NCBI GenBank assembly: GCA_033762115.1
Contig: JANRLX010000018.1
Location: 1-19,909, forward strand
Direction of reading: 5' to 3'
Length of the DNA stretch: 19,909 nucleotides
Source of the DNA: Verrucomicrobiota bacterium
GTDB taxonomy: Bacteria > Verrucomicrobiota > Verrucomicrobiia > Limisphaerales > SXQI01
A program made the translations under genes and the position numbers. This document shows positions 1 through 7,630 of the stretch, piece by piece (position 1 is the stretch's first letter; each line of letters opens with the position of its first letter). The notes beneath the pieces were generated by a model. It was not told where the DNA came from. It searched no databases and saw only the letters and a program-made list of their open reading frames with translations.

Positions 1-455
1 CAGTGAATCCAGACCTCCGCCTCGCGGGTGACGGTGTGGCGTTGACGGACCTCTCCTCGGTTCAAAATCTCTGCGCCGAATTCCCTGAAAACAAATTCCT
101 CACCACCGTACTGGCTCGCGAGAACCAACACGAACTCTGCGTGCTGGCGCGCAAATTCAGGAACCTCCATATCTTTGGCTGCTGGTGGTTTACGAACATC
201 CCTTCAGTGATTGATGAAATCACTCGCATGCGTCTCGAATTGATCGGCACCAGCGTGACACTCCAACATTCAGACGCACGGGTGCTGGACCAACTCATCT
301 ATAAATGGCAGCACTCCAGGGAAACCATTGCCCCTGCGCTGGCTGATCGTTACCAGGCCCTGGCACGCAGCGGCTGGACCGCCTCTGAAAGCGAGATTCG
401 TCGCGATGTGAACGAGCTTTTTGGGGGTTCTTTTAAGCGATTTTTAGAGAGATAG
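1..455 (+). CDS. uxaC: Uronate (glucuronate) isomerase, BH0493-like amidohydrolase-superfamily type; 5'-truncated C-terminal part
   Basis: Translation contains RENQHELCVLARKF, IFGCWWF and QHSDARVLDQLIYKW, matching the WWF and SDxR motifs of uronate isomerases, especially the divergent Bacillus halodurans BH0493 group. The frame runs in from the window edge; stop TAG at 453-455. Confidence 0.9.
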   Translation, partial: VNPDLRLAGDGVALTDLSSVQNLCAEFPENKFLTTVLARENQHELCVLARKFRNLHIFGCWWFTNIPSVIDEITRMRLELIGTSVTLQHSDARVLDQLIYKWQHSRETIAPALADRYQALARSGWTASESEIRRDVNELFGGSFKRFLER

Positions 456-541
456 AATTATGTCGGCACGCCTGAATGGCTTGCTTGCATTGATGAACAT
501 AGTTGCTTACGCTTCCGTCCAACGTAAGTCGCCAAGAATTT

Positions 542-1825
542 ATGAATGCCCAGATTAAAGCAGCTTGCCTGGCTACAGGCCTGGTCCTGAATCTTTCCTA
601 TTCAAATTTTGCAGACTGGCCGGAATATCGCGGTCCAAATCAAAACGGTATTTCTTCTGAAAAAATTTCCTGGAGTTCCCAGGGACCGCGCGAACTCTGG
701 AAAGCGCCAATGAATGCCGGTTTCAGCAGCATTACCGTCTCTGACGGAAAGGCTTATACGCTTGTTCTGCAAAAAATTGAAGGGGTTGACCGCGAAGTTT
801 GCGTGGCATTTGATGCAACCAGTGGAAAGCAGCTGTGGACCGCTCCCCTTTCCGTTGCCAAATACGATGGCGGTGGCAACGACGGGACTCCTGATAACAA
901 GGGGGGTGATGGCCCTCGTTCCACCCCGGCAATTGTCGGCGATTCTGTTTACGTTCTGGATGCCCGCCTCACCTTGCACTGCTTTAACACTGCGGATGGG
1001 AAAACCAAATGGTCCAAGGACATTGCAAAGGAGCATAATGGAAAATTGATTACCTGGCAGAACGCGGCGTCACCTGTGGTGGAAGGAAATCTTATTTTTG
1101 TTGCTGGTGGTGGCGAAGGTGAGGCTTTGTTGGGCATTGACCGTAACACCGGGAAGACAGTCTGGAAGGCAGAAGATGATAAAATAACCCATGCGACTCC
1201 AATTACGACGGAAATTCATGGAGTCAAGCAGGTGATTTTTTTCACTCAAAAGGGTCTCGTGGCCCTGACGCTCGATTCTGGAAAAGTCCTTTGGAGGCAT
1301 CCGTATCAGTTCAATGTTTCTACCGCTGCTTCCCCGGTAGTGGCGGGTGACATTGTTTATTGCTCGGCAGGTTACGGGGTAGGCGCTGGTGCAGCCCGCA
1401 TCAAAAAGACGGGAGATGCCTGGGAAGCGACGGAAATCTGGCGGGTTCGCGGCAATCAACTTGCAAACCACTGGAGCACACCTGTTTACAAAGACGGATA
1501 CCTCTATGGAATGTTCCAGTTCAAAGAGTATGGCAAAGGTGCTCTCAAATGCGTTGAAATGGCCACTGGAAAGGAAATCTGGTCAGAGCCTAATTTTGGC
1601 CCGGGAAATGTGACACTTGTCTCGGACAAATTGCTGGTTCTGGGTGACCGCGGTCAACTGGTCCTGGTCGATCCGAGCCCCACCTCTTACAAGGAACTTG
1701 GCCGCATGGAAACCGTTGAAGGTAAATGCTGGTCCACGCCCACCTTCAGTTCCGGTCGAATCTTTGTTCGTAGCACCAAAGAAGGCGCCTGTTTCGATGC
1801 TGGCGCAAAACTTGGCCTCCGTTAA
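542..1825 (+). CDS. Secreted PQQ-binding-like beta-propeller repeat protein (BamB-like family expanded in PVC bacteria)
   Basis: Signal-peptide-like N-terminus followed by ADWPEYRGP, GPRSTP, repeated Trp-docking units (DATSGKQLW, NTADGKTKW, DRNTGKTVW, LDSGKVLW, EMATGKEIW) and a terminal WSTP...IFVR. ATG 542 preferred to TTG 503. Confidence 0.85.
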   Translation: MNAQIKAACLATGLVLNLSYSNFADWPEYRGPNQNGISSEKISWSSQGPRELWKAPMNAGFSSITVSDGKAYTLVLQKIEGVDREVCVAFDATSGKQLWTAPLSVAKYDGGGNDGTPDNKGGDGPRSTPAIVGDSVYVLDARLTLHCFNTADGKTKWSKDIAKEHNGKLITWQNAASPVVEGNLIFVAGGGEGEALLGIDRNTGKTVWKAEDDKITHATPITTEIHGVKQVIFFTQKGLVALTLDSGKVLWRHPYQFNVSTAASPVVAGDIVYCSAGYGVGAGAARIKKTGDAWEATEIWRVRGNQLANHWSTPVYKDGYLYGMFQFKEYGKGALKCVEMATGKEIWSEPNFGPGNVTLVSDKLLVLGDRGQLVLVDPSPTSYKELGRMETVEGKCWSTPTFSSGRIFVRSTKEGACFDAGAKLGLR

Positions 1826-1830
1826 GGAGG
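1824..1830 (+). promoter_or_regulatory. Shine-Dalgarno site for the oxidoreductase gene
   Basis: AAGGAGG lies 7 nt upstream of ATG 1838 and overlaps the upstream TAA. Confidence 0.8.
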
Positions 1831-1837
1831 CTCCTTC

Positions 1838-2554
1838 ATGGCAAAACTGATTGCAGATATGGTGATTGAGTCGGCGAAGATGGAACTTCCCGATACGAAA
1901 ACCATTCGCCTCAAATGGCCTGAAGGTTACGACATTGAATTCAAAACAGGCCAGTTTATTACCCTTTACTGGCCTGACACCCCAACTTACAAACGGGCCT
2001 ATTCCCTTTCTTCCTGTTCCCTTGATCGCGGTGCGTATGAAGTGACTGTTAAGAGGGATGGTAAAATGGGAACTCGCCTGGTTGACTGGGCCAAGGAGGG
2101 AGATGTTCTTACGGTTATCCCGCCGACAGGCCGTTTTCTGCCTGTTTACGAAAGTGGCAAACATCTGCTTTGCATCGCAGGCGGTTCCGGTGTGACTCCG
2201 TTTCGTGGATTTGTCCGGGAAGCCACTCGCAGGGGACTTGAGACAAAAATTACGATTCTTTACAGCGTTCGCACGACCAAAGACATCATTTTTAACGAGG
2301 AGTTTCGCCAACTTGAACAGCAAAACCCCCACTTTAAGTTTCATGTGACCTGCACGCGGTTGCCAGAAGGAGATATCTGGACTGGCCGGTGTGGACGAAT
2401 TGATGCTGCCTGGATTCAATCGCAAATCAGCGACCTCTCAAATACCATCTTTTACGCTTGCGGCCCCAACGCACTAGTGGATTCCACTGAGCATCTTGTT
2501 CTGCACGATCTCCACGTCCCCAAGGAACAGATGCGGACCGAAAAATGGGGTTAA
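1838..2554 (+). CDS. FNR-family FAD/NAD(P)-binding oxidoreductase (ferredoxin reductase-like, no 2Fe-2S domain)
   Basis: FKTGQF, RAYSLSS (RxYS FAD motif), GKMG, IAGGSGVTPF (NAD(P) binding), YACGP and terminal EKWG. 238 aa. Confidence 0.9.
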   Translation: MAKLIADMVIESAKMELPDTKTIRLKWPEGYDIEFKTGQFITLYWPDTPTYKRAYSLSSCSLDRGAYEVTVKRDGKMGTRLVDWAKEGDVLTVIPPTGRFLPVYESGKHLLCIAGGSGVTPFRGFVREATRRGLETKITILYSVRTTKDIIFNEEFRQLEQQNPHFKFHVTCTRLPEGDIWTGRCGRIDAAWIQSQISDLSNTIFYACGPNALVDSTEHLVLHDLHVPKEQMRTEKWG

Positions 2555-2565
2555 TTCCACCACTC

Positions 2566-3693
2566 ATGCTCAAACGCACACCCCTTTTTGCACTTCACCA
2601 ACAACTTGGCGCGCGTCTGGTTGAGTTCGGCGGATGGGAAATGCCGGTTCAATACAGCAGCATCATGGATGAACATCAGGCGGTACGAACTGCTGCGGGC
2701 ATTTTTGACATTTGCCACATGGGTGAAGTTTACGTTCAGGGGAAAAAGGCCGGTGAATTCCTCAATTATCTCCTGACAAATGACATTAAGAAACTTGGCG
2801 TCAATGATGGCCAATATTCCCTGATGTGTAATGACAAAGGGGGAGTCATTGATGACCTCTATGTTTATCGTGTGGCCGCCGAAGGCTTTTTGCTTATTAT
2901 CAACGCCTCTCGGATTGAGCCCGACGTTGCCTGGATGCAGCAACAACTTGCTGCATGGGACGGCGCGAAGGAGGTAATGCTTTCCAACGAATCGGATCGT
3001 TATGGCGCTATCGCCATCCAAGGGCCTGCCGTGGCGAAATTCATCGATTCAGCCTTTCAGTTGAACGGCCAGCAGGGGCCCTCTGCCTTGAAAAAAAATC
3101 AACTCGGTTTTTATAAACTACAAGGTGAAGAATTTTTTGTGGGCCGTACCGGTTACACAGGTGAGGACGGTTTCGAACTGGTCGGAAGTGCTGATAAAAT
3201 TTCTACAGCATGGGTACACCTGCTTGACGTTGGCCGCCCTTACGGCCTGAAACCCGCCGGGCTCGGCGCGCGGGACACGCTGAGGACAGAAGTCTGTTAT
3301 CCTCTTTACGGCCATGAACTCACTGAAGAAATTACTCCCATTGAAGCAGGTGTGGGCTTTTTTGTGAGCCTCGATAAAGGTCCCTTCATTGGCCGGGAAC
3401 GTTTGGCGTTGCAAAAAAGCACGGGAATTTCCCGAAAATGCATCGCTTTCAAAATGGCGGACAAAGCCGCGCCCCCACGACCTGGCTACCCCATCTGGAG
3501 CGGAGGAAACGATTCGCAAAAAATCGGTGAAGTTGTCAGTGGCACCCAATCCCCGAGCCTCGGAATTGGTATTGGTCTTGGCTACGTTCCACCTGATTTT
3601 TCCAAGCCCGGGAGCGCCATTGAAATCGAGGTCAGAACCCGCAAATTTCCGGCAACTGTAGTCCAAAAGCCCATTTATCGAAAACCGGATTGA
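2566..3693 (+). CDS. gcvT: Glycine cleavage system aminomethyltransferase T
   Basis: LKRTPL, FGGWEMPVQY, FDICHMGE, GGVIDDL, RTGYTGEDGFE, GLGARDTLRTE, PLYGHEL, GEVVSGTQSPSL. ATG 2566 preferred to 2545. Confidence 0.97.
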   Translation: MLKRTPLFALHQQLGARLVEFGGWEMPVQYSSIMDEHQAVRTAAGIFDICHMGEVYVQGKKAGEFLNYLLTNDIKKLGVNDGQYSLMCNDKGGVIDDLYVYRVAAEGFLLIINASRIEPDVAWMQQQLAAWDGAKEVMLSNESDRYGAIAIQGPAVAKFIDSAFQLNGQQGPSALKKNQLGFYKLQGEEFFVGRTGYTGEDGFELVGSADKISTAWVHLLDVGRPYGLKPAGLGARDTLRTEVCYPLYGHELTEEITPIEAGVGFFVSLDKGPFIGRERLALQKSTGISRKCIAFKMADKAAPPRPGYPIWSGGNDSQKIGEVVSGTQSPSLGIGIGLGYVPPDFSKPGSAIEIEVRTRKFPATVVQKPIYRKPD

Positions 3694-3724
3694 CCCGGTT
3701 GCTTCCCCTGCATTTAATTTCCCC

Positions 3725-4108
3725 ATGTCGAATATTCCTTCTGACCTCAAATACGCCAAGACTCACGAATGGGTCCGGATTGCTGGAGAGATCGGCGTTG
3801 TCGGCATCACAGACCACGCCCAGCATGAATTGACTGATGTGGTTTTTGTGGAATTGCCAACCCAGGGAAGGAAGGTCAAATCGGGTGAAGCATGCGCCGT
3901 CGTTGAGTCGGTGAAAACGGCCAGTGACATCTACTCCCCCGTTACAGGGGATATCGTGGAAATCAATCAGGCGGTGGTTGATAACCCCGCGCTTGTGAAT
4001 AGTGATCCATACGGCCAGGGCTGGTTTTATAAAATCAAACTCGCCAGTGCTTCAGAAGGAAGCAATCTGTTGTCGGCAGACGCCTACAAATCGCAGATTC
4101 ACGCCTAG
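3725..4108 (+). CDS. gcvH: Glycine cleavage system lipoyl-carrier protein H
   Basis: YAKTHEW, GITDHAQ, lipoyl-lysine motif VESVKTASDIYSP, VNSDPYGQGW. 127 aa. Confidence 0.97.
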   Translation: MSNIPSDLKYAKTHEWVRIAGEIGVVGITDHAQHELTDVVFVELPTQGRKVKSGEACAVVESVKTASDIYSPVTGDIVEINQAVVDNPALVNSDPYGQGWFYKIKLASASEGSNLLSADAYKSQIHA

Positions 4109-4117
4109 GTTTGGTCC

Positions 4118-6574
4118 CTATTTCTCACGCTCCACAGAAAGTCGGAAGAATCGCTTGGAGTTTGCAGGAAGCGGTGCGGTGTCTCTCACTGTAATTGTCT
4201 CAAACGACCCATTACTTCTTGAGACTTCTTTTGTATGCGCAGTTTCCGGAACGTTGGTCGAACCGCTGTACTTTGATCCTGTCACCCAGGTCACGAGGTC
4301 TTCAGATACCTCCACTTTGTGCAACAAGTTGCTGGCTGCCTGTTGGCGTTTGAAAGTCATCGCCAGGAACTCTTCCCCATTTTCCTCGTGACGTGTCAAG
4401 GTCGGCACATTGTTTGTTTTCCAATGGCGCAGCAATTCCTGCAAAGCCAATGGTGAGTTTGTCGGGGAAGGATTGCCCGCCTGATCGTGGCGATTCACAC
4501 CATGGCAACTCGCGCACATTCTGATCTCCCCCGGCTGAAACGTCACCCAGTAACGTTCACGCACGACTGGCACTCCGTTACTCCCTGTCAATTGCCATGT
4601 CATGGCGCGGCGGGCAGGCACGAACGCGGCGAAAGAACCATCAGAAGCCACTTTCACGCTGGAAGGCACTTCCTCGACTACAGGATTATCAGCCACTGGA
4701 TCATGCATATGCTGAGCCAGGACGCGTCGGCCGGACCGTGGAGAACTGTTCTGTCGCAGGCCAATTCCCCGGATCAAATCCGCCTGAAACAATTGAAGAT
4801 GGGAAACGTTGTAAATCTTTCCTTCTGATCCAATGGTTTCCACCCCGCCGGGAACCCGCAGATTGTAAGGTTGCTGCTTGTCCCCAGCGTCCCGGGTCGT
4901 AACGTTTCTCCCAATAATCAGGGCGAGGTCCCGCTGTTTCAGATAACGTTGCAGATCCTGCACCTGCACCCCCTCTGCATCAAAGACGGTTTTCTCAGGT
5001 GTTTCAATCTTCGGGTGAATACGTGAAGGGCGCGGTCTCGAAATCACTTCAACAGGGTCCAGTTCCCACAATGGCCCATTGTAAGTCACGAGGTAATCCG
5101 GCGCCCACCACGTTACATTATTTGATATTCCAGGAGTCAACGGCATATCCGGGTACCACATGTCATTCGTTTGTTTCATCAGCACGATCCGGAAGTCGTA
5201 ACGTGACCGTGGCGCACCGGGAGTTCCGATATTTCGGTCTGCGCGTGGTTCTGCTGTGTGGACCGCGACCAATCCTCCATTGCTTAAAGGCAGGGGGTTT
5301 CGGAACAAACCGATATGGTTTGTTGTGGGCGTTGAATTTTCACCAAGGGCGCTGGCGGTCGCCCTCGGCGTCAGGTAATGAAGTTTGACAAAATCGGCAT
5401 TTGTTTTGATATGCGCTTCCAAAGCCTGGATCTGCCCTGCCGCATGCGTGCCGAACTCGGGCGCGTCAATTGCATAAATTAAACCGGGCGTTACGGGTGA
5501 TTCACGAAGCTGAATAAAATTCAGCGTCAGATTTGTATTTGGCTTGTTCCCGAAGTAATAAAGCTCCACCACGTTGGGATCATCACTCACGCTTGCAGAA
5601 CGGTAACTTCCCCCAAGTTCCTGGCGTCCCACATGATTGATCGTTTCCTCCTCCGTCCCATCTTCGTTGATCTGCCATGGGAAAAACTGGTTGAATCGAT
5701 GGCCGTTGTTCACCCCTTCAGTTTGCCGCCGTTCAGGGAAGACTTCCGCCCTGTTATTTGTCAGCACCAGGGCCGTGGCTGATTCGTCGGAATAATTAAA
5801 AGTTCCATAAGTATTCCCTCCCTGTGCGTTATCAGCATCTGCCTGCTGGTCTCGCTGCAAATGGTCCCATCGGCTGAAGATCACCCGTCCAAAACTATCG
5901 ACGCTCGGGGAGAAAACTCCTGAAGGTGAATGGTTCATCATAAACAAATCTCCCGTCGCCGGGTCCAAACTCCAAAGACCCGTCACGACGGGAGTTTCCT
6001 CGTATTCATCCAATTGTGGATAAAGATGTCGTTGCCCATCCCGCGGACGATCGCTTGCAAAAATAATCCGATCATCCGTTCCGTAGCAGGGGGACACGTT
6101 ATTATAATTCGTCGGTTGATTGGAAACTTTTGTGATCACTGGAGTCTGCCCCTGCCCGAAATTGCTGATTTCATAAAGCTGCCAGTAAAAATCCTTCACC
6201 TCGTATTGTTTTGCTGGCGCTCCAACAACCATGCTGAAAACAGCCTTCTCTCCATCCCAATGAACTGTGGGCTCACGCACTGCAATTCCATTGGTGTGCT
6301 GCGCTCCTTCAAGGCCAAAACCGGCCGCAGCTGTCAGGTTTCTTAAAGTTCCATCAGCATATCGAATCCAGAGACCGCCACCACGCGGGGCACTCTCCAT
6401 CGTTCCACGATGGTTTCCAAATAGCGCTGTAACTGTGGCGAAATCAGAGGGTTGTGGGACTTGAGTGACAAACAAAATTGGGTTGCCTGGAAGGACCTCA
6501 GCAGCAATCAGTTGAACTGTTATTGAAAATGCCGTGATTAAGATGATAAAATGCCTGCTAAATCCAATTTTCAT
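4118..6574 (-). CDS. Secreted HzsA-related protein (TolB-like propeller, hydrazine synthase alpha-like middle region, one heme c motif, C-terminal putative sorting/Ig-like domain)
   Basis: N-terminal signal peptide; VREPTVHWDGEKAVFSM; IIFASDRP; GRVIFSRWDH; INEDGT; DGSFAAFVPARRAMTWQL...FQPGEIRMCASCH with CxxCH at 4502-4516; tail VEVSEDLVTW...RFFRLSV. Confidence 0.75.
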   Translation of the reverse strand: MKIGFSRHFIILITAFSITVQLIAAEVLPGNPILFVTQVPQPSDFATVTALFGNHRGTMESAPRGGGLWIRYADGTLRNLTAAAGFGLEGAQHTNGIAVREPTVHWDGEKAVFSMVVGAPAKQYEVKDFYWQLYEISNFGQGQTPVITKVSNQPTNYNNVSPCYGTDDRIIFASDRPRDGQRHLYPQLDEYEETPVVTGLWSLDPATGDLFMMNHSPSGVFSPSVDSFGRVIFSRWDHLQRDQQADADNAQGGNTYGTFNYSDESATALVLTNNRAEVFPERRQTEGVNNGHRFNQFFPWQINEDGTEEETINHVGRQELGGSYRSASVSDDPNVVELYYFGNKPNTNLTLNFIQLRESPVTPGLIYAIDAPEFGTHAAGQIQALEAHIKTNADFVKLHYLTPRATASALGENSTPTTNHIGLFRNPLPLSNGGLVAVHTAEPRADRNIGTPGAPRSRYDFRIVLMKQTNDMWYPDMPLTPGISNNVTWWAPDYLVTYNGPLWELDPVEVISRPRPSRIHPKIETPEKTVFDAEGVQVQDLQRYLKQRDLALIIGRNVTTRDAGDKQQPYNLRVPGGVETIGSEGKIYNVSHLQLFQADLIRGIGLRQNSSPRSGRRVLAQHMHDPVADNPVVEEVPSSVKVASDGSFAAFVPARRAMTWQLTGSNGVPVVRERYWVTFQPGEIRMCASCHGVNRHDQAGNPSPTNSPLALQELLRHWKTNNVPTLTRHEENGEEFLAMTFKRQQAASNLLHKVEVSEDLVTWVTGSKYSGSTNVPETAHTKEVSRSNGSFETITVRDTAPLPANSKRFFRLSVEREK

Positions 6575-6629
6575 AAAATGAACTGCTGAAATTGGGAAAA
6601 GCAGCTAATGGGCCATTCATGAAAATTAC

Positions 6630-6748
6630 TTCCCAACTGACTGGGGCGGATTTCCCAATCTCGTGGGCAGTCCTCCCAGGAAATCAACCCGAATTGTCCT
6701 TTGATCTGTCTCCAAAATCAGGACAGTCCCTTAATTTTATCAGGGACT
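6630..6748. promoter_or_regulatory. Cluster of palindromes, candidate enhancer-binding-protein sites
   Basis: Tandem TTCCCA-N6-TGGG at 6630-6645 and 6652-6667 (22-bp period); CTGTC-N11-GACAG at 6706-6726; AGTCCC-N12-GGGACT at 6725-6748. All lie about 50-170 bp upstream of the sigma-54 site. Confidence 0.5.
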
Positions 6749-6796
6749 CCCTGTAAAAAGCGGCTCTGCCGCGTTTGTTGGTCTGGACAAACGAGT

Positions 6797-6812
6797 TGGC
6801 ACTCTGTTTGCA
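6797..6812 (+). promoter_or_regulatory. Sigma-54 (RpoN) -24/-12 promoter
   Basis: TGGCACTCTGTTTGCA: GG (6798-6799) and GC (6810-6811) are separated by exactly 10 nt, matching TGGCAC-N5-TTGCW. It points toward ORF 6894; predicted TSS about 6823. Confidence 0.8.
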
Positions 6813-6835
6813 GATGGGTTTTCCGTCAGTGCAGG

Positions 6836-6878
6836 GGCGGCGCTCGTGGAGTTAGGGTAGTAACTTGCGAGCGTCGCC
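6836..6878 (+). other. Long 5'-UTR RNA hairpin
   Basis: GGCGGCGCTCGTGGAGTTA-GGGTAG-TAACTTGCGAGCGTCGCC: about 18 bp stem with 3 G-U pairs, one bulge and a 6-nt loop. Confidence 0.65.
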
Positions 6879-6893
6879 ACAATAAACAGTTTT

Positions 6894-7553
6894 ATGAAAT
6901 TTTTAATTAAAACGATTGTTGCAGGTCTTGGAATTTTACCCTGCCTTGCTCTTTCACCGGCAGAGGAAAATGCCCTTGACCGCGCTCTGGCAAAATTCCC
7001 TGCTCCGGAAATTCCTGCGAAAGTTTTGGAAACAATTCAGCGGGCTCACGTCAATGAACGAAAAGAAGTCGCAATAACTGCGGTCACTCTTGCGCTGCAA
7101 AGGCATCGCTCCATTGCGCCAACACTCCTTTCATCGTTGAACAAGGCGGTGCCCGACTTGTTCAACGAAATCGCTCAAGCAGCAAATCAAACATTATCTG
7201 CCAGATCCAAATCAGGAACTTCGACTGTGGGTTCGTCTGGAAAAGGACAGGAGAAAACAAATTCTGGAAAGGGCAATAAGCCAGGTGATTTGACGAACGG
7301 GCATGGCAACGGGAATGGAAATAATGGCAGCAATAACTCAATTTCTGATCGTGGAGAATTTCGGAAAGAGCATCGAGGCAACGGTCCCACAAACCCGAAT
7401 ATTCCTTCAGGACCTCCCCGGAAAGTTTCCGGTAAAGGAGTAGGTCCTTACGGCGAATTACCTAATGGCAAGCCACGTCATTTTCCGCCGGACCCGCCTC
7501 ATCGCCCGGTTGATCCACCGGGACCGCGGGATTACGCAGCACCCCGGCGATAA
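6894..7553 (+). CDS. Hypothetical secreted protein: helical N-terminal domain plus Gly/Asn/Lys/Pro-rich disordered C-terminal half
   Basis: MKFLIKTIVAGLGILPCLA signal-peptide-like start; about 80 aa Ala-rich helical region; then GHGNGNGNNGSNN and PPDPPHRPVDPPGP. Flanked by a promoter and a terminator. Confidence 0.75.
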   Translation: MKFLIKTIVAGLGILPCLALSPAEENALDRALAKFPAPEIPAKVLETIQRAHVNERKEVAITAVTLALQRHRSIAPTLLSSLNKAVPDLFNEIAQAANQTLSARSKSGTSTVGSSGKGQEKTNSGKGNKPGDLTNGHGNGNGNNGSNNSISDRGEFRKEHRGNGPTNPNIPSGPPRKVSGKGVGPYGELPNGKPRHFPPDPPHRPVDPPGPRDYAAPRR

Positions 7554-7600
7554 CAGCTCATCTTCGAGCTGACAGCACAAACAGCAGCAACGCATATGCA

Positions 7601-7630
7601 GCCGCCCCCTTCGGGGGCGGCCTTCATTTT
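7601..7630. terminator. Intrinsic terminator hairpin between convergent genes, possibly bidirectional
   Basis: GCCGCCCC-CTTCG-GGGGCGGC (8-9 bp GC stem, 7601-7621), followed by CTTCATTTT on the + strand. It sits 2 nt beyond the - strand stop at 7624. Confidence 0.8.

Noticed and set aside
462..490. GGCACG/TGGC...TTGC resembling a sigma-54 site before the propeller gene
   Set aside because: The GG-to-GC spacing is not 10 nt in any register.
542..1825. Calling the propeller a PQQ dehydrogenase or bona fide BamB
   Set aside because: No lipobox-positioned Cys or bam-locus context and no clear quinoprotein active-site motifs; it belongs to a large paralogous family.
1583..2425. 280-aa - strand ORF
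   Set aside because: Antisense to two well-supported genes and has no recognisable motifs; a shadow ORF.
3118..3759. 213-aa - strand ORF
   Set aside because: Antisense shadow of gcvT/gcvH.
4118..6574. True anammox hydrazine synthase (hzsA)
   Set aside because: Only one CxxCH, no hzsB/hzsC neighbours, and an extra C-terminal tail.
6701..6910. 69-aa Cys-rich ORF as a possible leader peptide
   Set aside because: TTG start without an RBS; it runs through the sigma-54 promoter and palindromes, which explain the sequence better.
7290..7340. GGCAAC/GGAAAT-like short repeats
   Set aside because: These simply encode the Gly-Asn low-complexity tract; not a DNA repeat element or CRISPR.
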